Notes: a model not told the origin generated them from the sequence alone. A stretch of 64,000 bases of DNA from Nostoc sp. DedSLP01 (GCA_034530875.2 JAVRCJ020000005.1:160001-224000), one strand, 5' to 3'; positions 10,001-19,917 are shown, numbered from the stretch's first letter. Translations and numbers: made by a program.

Positions 10001-12730
10001 CGAGATACTGACAATTACTCTTGAGCCGTCGCGTTTGCAGCGGTACGTTTCTATCCCAAAAAAGCTTTCCCCCTTCATCACTGCTTCTCTGGTTTGGCGG
10101 CATTCCTCTTGTTTTTCTGGCGGCACAATGGGAATCGGTTTGCCTAAGACTTCTGCTGCACTCCAATCAAAAAGCTTTTCGGCTGCTGGGTTCCACAGTT
10201 GCACGATACAATCGCGTTCGATAATCGCGATCGCTAAGGGCGAGGCTGCAATCAAAGTTTGCAATGTATGCAGAGTGCGTTGCATTTGCTGTTCTGAGAG
10301 TTTGCGGCCGGTAATATCGAGGGTAACACCAATCGTCTGCTGGGGTTGACCGTTAGCATCGTAGAGCGCTCGACCTCGGTCAATAATCCAATGCAGGCTG
10401 CCGTCTGGCCAGAAGATGCGATATTCCGCATCGTAATCAATGCCATCGGCGATCGCTTCTTGCACCTTCTGTTGAACGGATTGGCGATCGTCAGGATGAA
10501 TGAATTCAAACAGCCGTTGGTAAGATAACTCCGCCTCTGGGGGCAGCCCAAAGTTTAGTTTACAGCGATCGGAAGTATCCAGGACTCCCGTTACCAGATT
10601 TAGCTGCCAAGAGCCAAGCTTGCCAGTTTGCAGCGCAATTTTCAACCGTTCTTCATTTTCACGCAGATTAGCTTCGTCCAGAACGCGCTGAGTAATATCG
10701 ACAAATGCCGCCAGAACGCCCCTTACTTTGCGATGTTCGTCTAATAATGGCGAGGCATAACAAAGCAGTTTAATGACTGTGCCATCAGCATGTACGATGT
10801 CTACCACTTCATCCTGCACTGATGTGTTGTGCAGCGCTGCATACTGCATCGGTAAGTCTGCAATGGCAATGTCTTCGCCGTCTCGACATAAGCGATAGGC
10901 AGGGCGTTCGTTGGTAGGAGCGCCTAAAGAAGCATTTCCTCCTATGGGAACTCGAATCAGTTGCGACAGGTAAGGATTGACGCGAATCGTTTTGCACTCT
11001 GGGTCTTGTGCGATCGCCACGCCAATGGGCAGCAATTCAAATAGAGTTTGTAGTTCGTTGACGCGCTGGATGAGTTGCTGATTGAGCTGTTGAATTTCGA
11101 CTTCGGCTTGTTTGCGATCGGTGATGTCTACAGCAGCGCCGTAAAGCACTTGTTCTTCTAGGTTGGGCTTTGCCTTCCAAAGCAACCAACGGTAGGAACC
11201 ATCTTTGTGTCGATAACGGTTCTCAAACCTCATGGTTTCATTGCCAGAAAATAGACTGCCAGTTTCCGAGACCGAGGCGCTGATGTCCTCCGGGTGGACA
11301 AAATCTGTCCAAGGACGGGATGTCATTTCTTGTGCTGTCCAGCCGAGTATGCGCTCAAAGGTCGGGCTGACCCATTTAAAGTACCCATTTATACTAGTAA
11401 TGACTTGTAAATCGGAACCAACAGCGAGAAATCGTTCGCGATCGCCTTCGACTTGTTTGCGATTGCTGATGTCGGCAAATAGAATCGCAAATTTGTGGCT
11501 TTGGGCTGCATCGATGCCAAACGCTTTCACATCAAACCAGCGATTATTCATGGCAACGGATTGAGCCTCAAACCGAATCGGTTGACCTGTCAGTACTACT
11601 TGGCCGTAAATCTCCAACCAAGAAGCTTCGAGATTGGGCATGAGTTCTCGTGCCGTCTTCCCCGTAGCTTGTTTCAACCCCGTCATTGTTTCAAAAGCCG
11701 GATTGACTTTCAGCAGTCGGTAATCAATTGGTCTGCCGTTTTCGTCAAACAGCATTTGGCAGATGCAGAAGCCTTCATCTATGGATTCAAACAATGTGCG
11801 ATATTCGGCTTCGGATTTCTGTAAGGCCAGATGAGAGCGATCGCGCTCGAAGACAATACTAGCAACTTGCGTGCCAAAGTCTGCCAGTTGATACTCCCAA
11901 TCAGTCGGCGTCCGCGATCGGTCAAAGCAAAGCATCAACGACCCCAGGGGTTGCCCATCCGCGCCCATCACTGGCTGGGAATGACACGCCAGAATGCCGT
12001 GAGCCACACATAAATCTCGCCATTCCTTCGACCAGCGATCGTCATTGGCAATATCTGCACAGTTAATCGGCTTGCCCCGATACACTGCCTCGCCGCAGGT
12101 ACCAATGCACAAATCGTTAATGGGAGCATCCTTGAGTCCTTCCCCAAAGGACGAAGCAAAGTCTGGTGTAATAGAACTTTTAAATGTAGCTCCTTGAGCG
12201 TCAGCCAGCAAAAAGCAGGCGCGCGTACCTGGATGCAGCCCAGACACCGACGCGCATATAGCAGCAAGGCATTCATTCAAAGGATGCCCGGAGGCAATTA
12301 ACTCCAGCAGTCGCTTTTGCTCGAATAATATCAGTTCGGTTTGTTTGCGTTGCCGACGTTCTTGGGTTTCTCGCAACGCCCGCTGCACCGCTGGTACTAG
12401 CCGCCCCAGCCGTTGCTTCAACACATAATCTGTAGCTCCACGTTTGAGCGTTTCAATTGCCAATTCCTCACCCAAACTCCGAGACACGAAAATGAATGGC
12501 ACATCAGGACGCAAATCGCAAGCAATTTCTAAAGCTGCAATGCCATCAAACTTTGGTAGCGCATAGTCTGCTAGGATGACATCGAACTCATCCCTCAAAA
12601 GTGCTGTAACAAAATCAGCACGAGTTTCTACTTGGACTAGTTCGCAGTCGATACCGCCACCCCTGAGGGTGACTTCAAGAATATCCGCATCTAAGCGATT
12701 ATCTTCGAGCAAGAGAAACCGGAGTGCCAT
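7091..12730 (-). CDS. Hybrid sensor histidine kinase (REC-GAF-multi-PAS-GAF-HisKA-HATPase-REC)
   Basis: N-terminal receiver, GAF (TCGEAVY), PAS repeats, SHELRSPL, NAVKFT, GLGLGL, C-terminal receiver; stop overlaps start of next kinase. Confidence 0.92.
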   Translation of the reverse strand: MALRFLLLEDNRLDADILEVTLRGGGIDCELVQVETRADFVTALLRDEFDVILADYALPKFDGIAALEIACDLRPDVPFIFVSRSLGEELAIETLKRGATDYVLKQRLGRLVPAVQRALRETQERRQRKQTELILFEQKRLLELIASGHPLNECLAAICASVSGLHPGTRACFLLADAQGATFKSSITPDFASSFGEGLKDAPINDLCIGTCGEAVYRGKPINCADIANDDRWSKEWRDLCVAHGILACHSQPVMGADGQPLGSLMLCFDRSRTPTDWEYQLADFGTQVASIVFERDRSHLALQKSEAEYRTLFESIDEGFCICQMLFDENGRPIDYRLLKVNPAFETMTGLKQATGKTARELMPNLEASWLEIYGQVVLTGQPIRFEAQSVAMNNRWFDVKAFGIDAAQSHKFAILFADISNRKQVEGDRERFLAVGSDLQVITSINGYFKWVSPTFERILGWTAQEMTSRPWTDFVHPEDISASVSETGSLFSGNETMRFENRYRHKDGSYRWLLWKAKPNLEEQVLYGAAVDITDRKQAEVEIQQLNQQLIQRVNELQTLFELLPIGVAIAQDPECKTIRVNPYLSQLIRVPIGGNASLGAPTNERPAYRLCRDGEDIAIADLPMQYAALHNTSVQDEVVDIVHADGTVIKLLCYASPLLDEHRKVRGVLAAFVDITQRVLDEANLRENEERLKIALQTGKLGSWQLNLVTGVLDTSDRCKLNFGLPPEAELSYQRLFEFIHPDDRQSVQQKVQEAIADGIDYDAEYRIFWPDGSLHWIIDRGRALYDANGQPQQTIGVTLDITGRKLSEQQMQRTLHTLQTLIAASPLAIAIIERDCIVQLWNPAAEKLFDWSAAEVLGKPIPIVPPEKQEECRQTREAVMKGESFFGIETYRCKRDGSRVIVSISAALLDSNNTMVLLFQDITERQQAQEALQSSQAQLQTLFNAAPLGVYSIDGDFRIRQVNPTALPAFADIPGLIGRDFAEVIHILWPQEYADEVVQRFRHTLETGEPYFVPEQIKQRRDRNAIEYYEWQINRIPLPEGRYGVVCYFRDISAQVLARIAIAESESRFRLMVESAKDYAIFTLDLNGTIASWNFGAQKLLGYTETEALGRNVRIIFTPEDNEQGRAEWEMQTALTQERADNERWHVRQDGTRFWASGLMMPLQNEAGDIHGFVKILQDKTAKRQADQRLHLLYETTRDLLAAAHPMQLMTNLFSKLSEQLELHCYYNYMVEEKDNRLMLHLTNYGGLADDVARSIEWVDFGQYMCGLVAQQQRQIVLDAAQIAREPHAKMLNSMKITAYAGQPLIVRGRLLGSLSFCSLIRERFTLEETNLLQSTCDQIAIALERAELLSSIQQQAEQLQQANRIKDEFLAVLSHELRSPLNPILGWSQLLKTAKLDEAKTAQALDVIERNAKLQSELIEDLLDVSRILRGKLSLKVSRVDLVRTIQAAMETVRLAARAKSINLGFPILDLGLEIEEGRRQDSAALASPRASAEGRRSKLQGDSTPPEGEPLNESSMGVLNPCSPWPQQSTEGSIPSASCPLPSAFLDRDSQEPAEKPKSKIRQPESVAQETAQLWGFPPYTTGLDSPSGASDSLTFTYGNSPNPKFQVSGDPNRLQQVIWNLLSNAVKFTDVGGRVDIRLERVGGFAQISISDTGRGIDPDFLPFVFDYFRQEDGATTRKFGGLGLGLAIVRHLVELHGGTVQAQSRGVGQGATFIVRLPSLLNPSPINSDNRQSQPSLSLQGIKVLVVDDDTDTREFLAFMLKHYQAEVTAVASAVEAIATLTQSQSDVLVSDIGMPQMDGYMLMRQVRALAPAQGGQIKAIALTAYAGEIDYQQAMLAGFQRHVPKPVEPEVLVKAITDLVQQVGGQTKP
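7893..8325. repeat. In-frame composite repeat insertion in kinase HATPase region
   Basis: Long low-complexity peptide between AAxAK and GDxxRLQQ, where the paralog has only a short linker; built from nested inverted heptamer arms (GGCAGAG/CTGCCTT; GATTTT/AAAATC). Confidence 0.75.
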
Positions 12731-12933
12731 TATTATTCCTCCTGCTGGAATTTAGGTAACAAAAAGTAGAACTGTGCGTTATTATAACGATTTGCAACAG
12801 TGCGATTAAGTTACAGGTAAATTCTAAAAAGCACCCTTGAAATCCCTGCCCAAATTCTTTAGGATGCTTTACACCAATGCTGGGGCGGCTAGCATCGTTA
12901 TATACTGGTGTCTTCAGGTCAGGGGGCACAATC

Positions 12934-13176
12934 TCAACTCCTCCCAGAGGAAAAATACTTGGCTAGTAAATCTTCACCGCGATCGCCCAAGGAGTACAAT
13001 ACTGCTTCAATTTGTTTCAATGCCAGTGGTAAAGGCTTTGTCCGTCCGTTCTCCCATCGATTCACGCTATGGAACGAAACTCCCAGTTTCTCTGCAAATT
13101 TGACCTGTGAGAGTTCAAGGCGGACTCTTGTCTCACGGATCAACTCTGCAAGCTCTGTTTTCTCCATTGCACCCAT
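12934..13176 (-). CDS. XRE-family helix-turn-helix regulator
   Basis: IRETRVRLELSQVKFAEKLGVSFHSVNRWENGRTKP is a classic HTH_3 motif. Confidence 0.9.
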   Translation of the reverse strand: MGAMEKTELAELIRETRVRLELSQVKFAEKLGVSFHSVNRWENGRTKPLPLALKQIEAVLYSLGDRGEDLLAKYFSSGRS

Positions 13177-13580
13177 GAATGCGGATACCTTTGATTGTTA
13201 TAAATGAGCAAGCTATAGCAGGTGCGATAGTTTGCTGTTAAATATACCATATTGATTTGTTTTTATAGTTTCTACTGCAAGAAACAGAACGTCTGTTTTA
13301 CAAAACTTTGTTGAGTACAAAACTTCGTAACAATTTGCTCTTCGATAAAAGTGTAAGTAGTTAGTACAGATTGGTGTAAAATCGTACAAAATTGACGGTT
13401 GAAATTTAAACGCAAAGGAGTGCAGAGTTAAGCGCAAAGTTACGCAGAGATTCGCTAAAAACTAATTAAATAATAGCAATTTTCATTAATATTAATTCTA
13501 TTTTTAAATCTCTAGTTTTACTTTTTATCTATAAAATTAATTAAAATATATTTTTATTCCTAGCCGTTCGCTTAATCTGT

Positions 13581-14340
13581 ATTTCAATCCCTAATAGGGA
13601 TTTTAGTTAATTGCAATGTGGTTTTTGGCGAAGTGCAATATTTACCGCGAAGTTTCAATCCCTAATAGGGATTTTAGTTAATTGCAATAGTAACAGGTCT
13701 AGGCGTTGCCATAGTTTCGCGCGTTTCAATCCCTAATAGGGATTTTAGTTAATTGCAATACGCGATCGCCTAATTTCAGATCCAGCTACCAACACGTTTC
13801 AATCCCTAATAGGGATTTTAGTTAATTGCAATGGGCATCGTGGGGATAAGATAGGCGATCGCTTCGGTTTCAATCCCTAATAGGGATTTTAGTTAATTGC
13901 AATTTTCGGTAATTTTTTCTTTAAGCCAAGATGCTATGTGTTTCAATCCCTAATAGGGATTTTAGTTAATTGCAATTTTGATGAGTTGGTGAATGTGGGC
14001 GTCGGCTAATTTGTTTCAATCCCTAATAGGGATTTTAGTTAATTGCAATTATCTCAATCGCTGGGGCGAAATCCTACAATAGCGGGTTTCAATCCCTAAT
14101 AGGGATTTTAGTTAATTGCAATTTTCTGATACTGGCAGCCTTTGGGTACTATTCAGGGTTTCAATCCCTAATAGGGATTTTAGTTAATTGCAATTTTTAT
14201 TAGCCTTAATACCTTCAATATCCCTGTGCTGGTTTCAATCCCTAATAGGGATTTTAGTTAATTGCAATTTTTTGGTTACGTTTTTTGACGCCGTTAACCG
14301 GTTGTTTCAATCCCTAATAGGGATTTTAGTTAATTGCAAT
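13581..14340 (-). CRISPR. Orphan CRISPR array, 11 repeats of 37 bp and 10 spacers of 34-37 bp; repeat (minus strand) ATTGCAATTAACTAAAATCCCTATTAGGGATTGAAAC, type I-D-like
   Basis: Repeats start at 13581 (one terminal mismatch, trailer end), 13652, 13723, 13796, 13867, 13940, 14013, 14086, 14158, 14232, 14304; internal AATCCCTA/TAGGGATT palindrome; GAAAC 3' end on minus strand. Subtype is inferred from the repeat only. Confidence 0.97.
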
Positions 14341-14570
14341 TGGCTGACGCCTGAAAGTGCTGCTATATTTAGTTTTCAAGGTTCTGTTGCGCGGATGGGC
14401 AAATCATAACACAACCGATGGTGATTTGACTAGACAAAAATCGTTGAAAGCTAGGCCAGATAAGGTGCGCGGATGGTTTTGAGAAGAAACCGCAGTCAAA
14501 TGCTTACATAGAGGGCAATTCAGCGATTTTTGTAGTTACCTGTTTACGAACACCTACCCATCCGCGCATT
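14341..14570 (-). promoter_or_regulatory. CRISPR leader with repeated TGCGCGGATGG motifs
   Basis: Adjacent to the non-degenerate end; TGCGCGGATGG at 14388 and 14466, inverted CCCATCCGCGCA at 14557-14568. Confidence 0.65.
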
Positions 14571-14847
14571 CTGCACAGAAGTTAGTCTAATTAGAAAGCT
14601 GTTAGCTATCAATAGACCTGCCTTGAAAATAGGGACTGGGGACTGGGGACTAGGGAAGAGATATTTTTATTGTTGCTTGTGAGTTCCACTCATGGAGTAA
14701 GAGTGCAAAAGTCTTTTTGCATTCTTGGGGTAAAGGGATGTATCTAAAAGGGAAAGGGTTTTTTCTTATCCCTTTCTCCTTTCCCCCTTACCCTTTTCCC
14801 GACTTCTGCAAGAAGGCTAATGACTTTAACTAATTTAAGGCAATCGG

Positions 14848-15600
14848 CTAAACTAACATTTGTAAAATTTTTTCCATACGATCCAAGTCTCCAACGATGC
14901 GCCGAATTGGGTGAGGCCAAACCTTGACAAGGGTAGGAGTAGCAGAAACTTGATCGATTTCTGCTTGTTCTGGATTAGTTAAAACATCAACCACTTTTAA
15001 AGTATAGGGGTGTCTGAGCGATCGCTCTAACAATTCGTGTAGATTTTGCAGGATGCGTTCGGTAGTTCCGCTATGTCCAGCAACAAACAAGCGCAAGACA
15101 TAGCCTTGTGTTGTTAATTGCTCTTTTTGTGCTACTACTGGTTGGTGGTATTTTGGCACGGGTTCAGAAAGATCTAAGCGTACAATTAAATCGTGATCCT
15201 CCCAAAGCTGAGGAAATGTGGAACGATAAGTTGTAAGTACCATGCGATCGCACAATCCTTCTTGCCAAGGAGCTGCTTGCCATACTAACTCCTCTGTACC
15301 AAAAATGGCATTCAGCAAAGCCTGATATCTAATTACAGCCGGATAAGCTTCAGCAAAAGTTCGCACCTGTTGAGTCCGCGGATCTAACCAGTGATCAATA
15401 GTTGCAGTATAACAAGGCACTAAAAAGTGCGGTGGCTCTGGTAAATCTAAAATTTCCTGCAAAGCAGAACACAAATGCAAATGCCATCGACCCTGCTTGC
15501 TAGGGTCGATGCAATAAATCAAATCTCCTCCAGGCGTAAATAGCGCAATGCCTTTAAACAACTGGGGTGTAGATAGTTTGTTGGTGGTCAAGTTATTCAT
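14848..15600 (-). CDS. KaiB-domain-containing protein
   Basis: C-terminal YVLRLFVAG...LKVVDVLTNPEQAE...ATPTLVKVWPHPIRRIVGDL matches the KaiB fold; long N-terminal extension. Confidence 0.85.
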   Translation of the reverse strand: MNNLTTNKLSTPQLFKGIALFTPGGDLIYCIDPSKQGRWHLHLCSALQEILDLPEPPHFLVPCYTATIDHWLDPRTQQVRTFAEAYPAVIRYQALLNAIFGTEELVWQAAPWQEGLCDRMVLTTYRSTFPQLWEDHDLIVRLDLSEPVPKYHQPVVAQKEQLTTQGYVLRLFVAGHSGTTERILQNLHELLERSLRHPYTLKVVDVLTNPEQAEIDQVSATPTLVKVWPHPIRRIVGDLDRMEKILQMLV

Positions 15601-15684
15601 AAAAGCTAAGTAAAAAGTAAAAAATTCCTCTTTTACCTTTTACCTTAACGATAACCGCAACCAGGAGTGCAAAGATATTTGAGG

Positions 15685-15805
15685 ATTGGGAACTGGGGAC
15701 TGGTGACTGGGGATTAGGTACTAGTCAATAATTATTAGTTATTGTCCCACTACTTCCGATTTCCCCCAGTCCCCAGTCCCTAGTCACCAGTCACCAGTCA
15801 CCAAC
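15685..15805. repeat. Inverted pair of heptamer tandem repeats (GGGGACT / AGTCMCC)
   Basis: G-rich arm near 15685-15723 and complementary C-rich arm near 15762-15805, abutting the pilT stop. Confidence 0.85.
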
Positions 15806-15806
15806 C

Positions 15807-17093
15807 CTAAACCCGACCTCGGAGAAACTGTGCCATTTCGTTGGGAGTTGGTGACATTTCTAGAGCAGTTTCTTCAGTAATGCGACCTTCTTGATAAAGA
15901 TTCAGCAACGACTGGTTCATAGTCACCATGCCGTCAAAGCTGGCTTGTTTCATCAATTCGGTAATTTCATCATACTTACCGTCTTTGATCCATTCCTTAA
16001 TTGCTTCAGTATTGATCAAGATATCGTGGAAAGCAGCACGTTTGCCGTCAGTTGTACGGCACAAACCTTGGGCAATTACTGCGACTAAAGACTCAGAAAT
16101 TGCCACGCGCATAGCATCTTGTTCTTCACCAGAGTAGAGGTTGAGTATCCGTTCAATGGTTTTAACAGCGCTATTGGTGTGCAAGGTTCCCATTACCAAG
16201 TGACCAGTTTGAGCAGCTTTCAGGGCGGTGTTGACTGTTTCTTTATCCCGCATTTCCCCCACTAGAATCAAATCTGGGTCTTCCCGCAAAGCTGCTTTCA
16301 AAGCGTTGTCAAATTTCCGGGTGTGCATTCCCACTTCCCGCTGTTTGACTAAGGACTTACGACTTTGATGGACAAATTCTATCGGATCTTCAATGGTGAT
16401 GATATGTTTAGCCATCTCTTTATTGATGTAGTCAATCATCGCTGCCATTGTTGTAGACTTACCAGAACCAGTAGGCCCGGTTACTAAAATTAAGCCTTTA
16501 TGGTGGTGACAAATATCCCGAAAAACTGGAGGTAATCTCAACTGTTCCATAGTTAAGATTTTCAACGGAATCAACCGCAATACCATTGCAGGCCCTTTGA
16601 GAGAGCCAAAGACGTTAATCCGCACGCGAGCAAAATCGTACTGAGTCGCGCCGTCAAATTCTAAGGATTCTTCAAAGCGTTGAATTTCTGCCTCAGTCAT
16701 CACCTCCCTCAACCAACCCATCAAAGCTTCTTTATCCGTTTCTGGATACTCGGTTGATTGAATTTCTCCTCGGTTGCGGAAACGAGGTACTTCGCCTACG
16801 CCCAGGTGAATATCAGAATATCCGCGATCGTAAGCTTCTTTAATAATCTGCGCTAAAGTCAGCTTTGGAGTGCTATTTTTCGGTTGCGCTGAACTGGGTA
16901 TTGGGGGTGGCGTACCCGGACGATGAGCAGGAGCAGGCGCAGGGTTCGCAACAGGAGGGTTGCCACTCATATCCAATGTTTGTGTCATCTGACGTTGCGT
17001 ACTAAACGTTGGCGGTGGTGGCGGCATTGGTGGCATTGGTGGCGCACCGTTACGTCCAGCAGCAGAGTTTAATGGAGACTGTGATTCTGTCAT
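15807..17093 (-). CDS. pilT: Type IV pilus retraction ATPase PilT (proline-rich N-terminus, PilT2-like)
   Basis: GPTGSGKSTT Walker A, TIEDPIE, LREDPDLILVGEMRD, TGHLVMGTLH. Confidence 0.93.
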   Translation of the reverse strand: MTESQSPLNSAAGRNGAPPMPPMPPPPPTFSTQRQMTQTLDMSGNPPVANPAPAPAHRPGTPPPIPSSAQPKNSTPKLTLAQIIKEAYDRGYSDIHLGVGEVPRFRNRGEIQSTEYPETDKEALMGWLREVMTEAEIQRFEESLEFDGATQYDFARVRINVFGSLKGPAMVLRLIPLKILTMEQLRLPPVFRDICHHHKGLILVTGPTGSGKSTTMAAMIDYINKEMAKHIITIEDPIEFVHQSRKSLVKQREVGMHTRKFDNALKAALREDPDLILVGEMRDKETVNTALKAAQTGHLVMGTLHTNSAVKTIERILNLYSGEEQDAMRVAISESLVAVIAQGLCRTTDGKRAAFHDILINTEAIKEWIKDGKYDEITELMKQASFDGMVTMNQSLLNLYQEGRITEETALEMSPTPNEMAQFLRGRV

Positions 17094-17822
17094 ATATCTT
17101 CACATTTGCTGTTAAAAATTTGAATTTGTAAGAAGTCAAGTCACTTTCTGAGAGTGGCTATGAAAAATGCTGCCGTGCCAGTCATAGCAGTAATGCAGGG
17201 CGATTGAAACTCTAGAATCACCGTCAATACATTAGATCTCCCTCCATTTGTATCTTTATTTGCCGTTAATTTAATTAATCAGAAGTTGTATAAAAGCAAT
17301 TTAGCCTGTATAACCTGGTTTAACATATATAAGACCTCCTTTTACCTCAGGAAATACCCTGTAATAGCAGGTAATTTAAATCACTCTTTTCTTTGTATTA
17401 AACATTCAAACTTTATTAAATGAGAAATTTATCTCCACTCTGGAGTTTAATTGCTAGCAGTTAACAACACAAACATTAGTAATTAATGAATTCAGCCAAT
17501 CTTGAGAATTATGAGAAACAGTCCAAATAATTATAAGAAATGTTAAGCGAACGCGAATCATCGGCTGGGGATCGAGTCTAAAAGCTGATGTCTTTTACCT
17601 TCTATTCCTCAAGACAGATGCTACAGACAACCTTTTTGAATAAAAAGCAACTGTAGTTTACATTCATAATTACAAAAAATTAACTGTAAAGTTTAGTAAA
17701 AAAATGCTCATTTTACTAATTAGGTTTTATATACTGAACTTCACTAAATGATTCAGTTTAATCGCAAAAGCGCTAAAAAACTGGAAGTTAAAAGTTGTTG
17801 TGTATTTTTGGGAGGAAAAGTC

Positions 17823-18197
17823 ATGGTTTCGGCTCAGAGCTCTAATCTAGGAAAGACCTACTCCTTGATGATGATTAAAAGCTTTTTAATATGGACTTTC
17901 ACATTGGCAGTATGCTTGCTGGTTGTCGGTTTTCCACTTGTTGTTTTGATGGCTACGGTCGGATGTCTGTTATCGATGATTTTGCAATCGGTAATGCCTG
18001 TTAGTGCTGTTTTGCTAGTAGCAGGTGGTTTAATCTTGTTTAATGTAATGGCAGTTGTATTTGCAGCAGGTGTCTTAACTGTTAAAGGAGTTCATCCTAA
18101 AGAGGTGAAATGGTTAAGTTGGCTGCATGGAGAGGCAGACCAAATGCAGACTACTGTTTACGCTGCTTGTCCTTTAACTTGTGAGATTAAAATGTAG
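17823..18197 (+). CDS. Hypothetical membrane protein
   Basis: ORF with two long hydrophobic segments; start at 17823 chosen for the GGAGG SD upstream; followed by a terminator. Confidence 0.75.
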   Translation: MVSAQSSNLGKTYSLMMIKSFLIWTFTLAVCLLVVGFPLVVLMATVGCLLSMILQSVMPVSAVLLVAGGLILFNVMAVVFAAGVLTVKGVHPKEVKWLSWLHGEADQMQTTVYAACPLTCEIKM

Positions 18198-18230
18198 TCA
18201 TTACAATTAAATACGACAAACAGTGCGTCT

Positions 18231-18252
18231 GCCCGGTTAAGCCGGGTTTTTT
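18231..18252 (+). terminator. Rho-independent terminator
   Basis: CCCGG-TTAAG-CCGGG stem followed by a T-run. Confidence 0.85.
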
Positions 18253-18276
18253 CATGTTTTTATAAAAATTTTTGAC

Positions 18277-18601
18277 CAAAATAATGGGATACAAGCCCCG
18301 TCCTAAAGAAGCGGCTTTTGTTGGTTTTTAATGTACTGCTTTAAAACTTCTATTGGCACACCGCCTACGGAGACAGCAACTAGGACTCCATAGTGCTGGT
18401 TCGTGGAGCTTTTTGTACCCAGCCTGCCCATATCTGCGACTTGATACACCTGTTTAATGCGTTTACGATTTGGGAGACGGACAGCTTGGGCGGATACTCA
18501 ATCAACGCCTGAACGTGGTTGTCCTCACCATTAAATTCAAGCACCGATCTGTCAGCGAAGCGTCAAGAATCACCTCGCCTAAAGGCAGATGAGTATGTCA
18601 A
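18277..18601 (+). mobile_element. Non-autonomous IS200/IS605-family element (left and right end hairpins, no transposase)
   Basis: TTGAC then CAAAATAATGGG...AAGCCCCGTCCTAAAGAAGCGGCTTT left-end hairpin; right end AAGAATCACCTCGCCTAAAGGCAGATGAGTATGTCAA ends in TCAA. Confidence 0.65.
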
Positions 18602-18790
18602 AAATGGGACGAGCCAAAAAATCAGCGATCGCGATCGTTAATAATGTTGGTAAATTAATATTCATAGCAAAAGCTAACTCAAATCCTGGGCTGGACGCCA
18701 AAATATCTGGTACATTTGCAAAATTGTACTTTTTTGACACGGCTGGGTAAAGAAACAGAACTATATAATTGTTCTTTACACATCACAAGC

Positions 18791-19711
18791 ATGGCAGCGT
18801 TGAACGGACGAGATTTATTAAGTCTGGCGGACATTAGTCCAACGGAAATTCAAGAACTTCTGCAATTGGCAACTCAACTTAAATCCAAACAGCTGAAGTT
18901 GCAGTGTAATAAAGTTTTGGGGTTGTTGTTCTCTAAAGCTTCGACTCGCACGCGAGTAAGTTTTACTGTGGCGATGTATCAACTCGGGGGACAGGTAATC
19001 GATCTTAACCCTAATGTTACTCAAGTTAGTCGCGGGGAACCCGTGCAAGATACGGCGCGAGTGTTAGATAGATATCTCGATATTTTGGCAATTCGCACTT
19101 TTGCACAGCAAGAATTGGAAACTTTTGCCAACTATGCCAAGATTCCAGTAATTAATGCCCTAACTGATGCAGAACATCCTTGTCAAGTATTAGCTGATTT
19201 ATTGACGATTCAAGAAGCTTTTAGCACTCTTGCTGGGTTAACTTTAACTTACGTGGGTGATGGAAATAATGTGGCTAATTCTTTGATGTTGGGCTGTGCT
19301 TTGGTGGGAATGAATGTCAGAATTGCCACTCCTAGTGGATTTGAGCCAGATCCTAAAATTGTAGAACAAGCAAGAGCGATCGCTAATAATAAAACTGAAG
19401 TCTTACTCACTCACGACCCAGAATTAGCCGCCAAAGGAAGTACCGTACTTTATACTGATGTTTGGGCAAGTATGGGACAAGAAGCAGAAGCAGACGATCG
19501 CTTACCAATTTTCCAACCTTACCAAATTTCCGAGCAGTTATTGAGCCTTGCTGAACCAGAGGCAATTGTTTTACACTGCTTACCAGCTCATCGTGGTGAA
19601 GAAATTACGGAAGCAGTTATTGAAGGTTCTCAATCACGAGTTTGGGAACAAGCAGAAAATCGCCTCCACGCGCAAAAGGCTTTGCTTGCTAGTATCTTAG
19701 GGGGAGAATGA
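18791..19711 (+). CDS. argF: Ornithine carbamoyltransferase
   Basis: STRTR, HPCQ and HCLP motifs; start reassigned to ATG at 18791. Confidence 0.96.
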   Translation: MAALNGRDLLSLADISPTEIQELLQLATQLKSKQLKLQCNKVLGLLFSKASTRTRVSFTVAMYQLGGQVIDLNPNVTQVSRGEPVQDTARVLDRYLDILAIRTFAQQELETFANYAKIPVINALTDAEHPCQVLADLLTIQEAFSTLAGLTLTYVGDGNNVANSLMLGCALVGMNVRIATPSGFEPDPKIVEQARAIANNKTEVLLTHDPELAAKGSTVLYTDVWASMGQEAEADDRLPIFQPYQISEQLLSLAEPEAIVLHCLPAHRGEEITEAVIEGSQSRVWEQAENRLHAQKALLASILGGE

Positions 19712-19917
19712 AGGGAGTTAGGAGTAGAGAAGCGATTAACCCAAGTCTGCCCAAGAGTTAGGAGTTAGGAGTTAAGAGTCAGAATAATGACGTGCGGCTG
19801 ACTCTTGACGATTTATTGGTAAAAAATGAAGAATAAATAAATGAAAGAAAAGAAAAAATATTCTTACTTTTATCTTTAGTATTTTTACTTTTCTATTGCT
19901 TATGGGGAGTTTTTTGT

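Noticed and set aside
74..12929. Many short ORFs antisense or out of frame within the kinases (and similar ones across the window)
   Set aside because: Shadow ORFs overlapping well-supported genes
14188..14409. 73-aa ORF with repeated FQSLIGILVNCN
   Set aside because: Translation of CRISPR repeats
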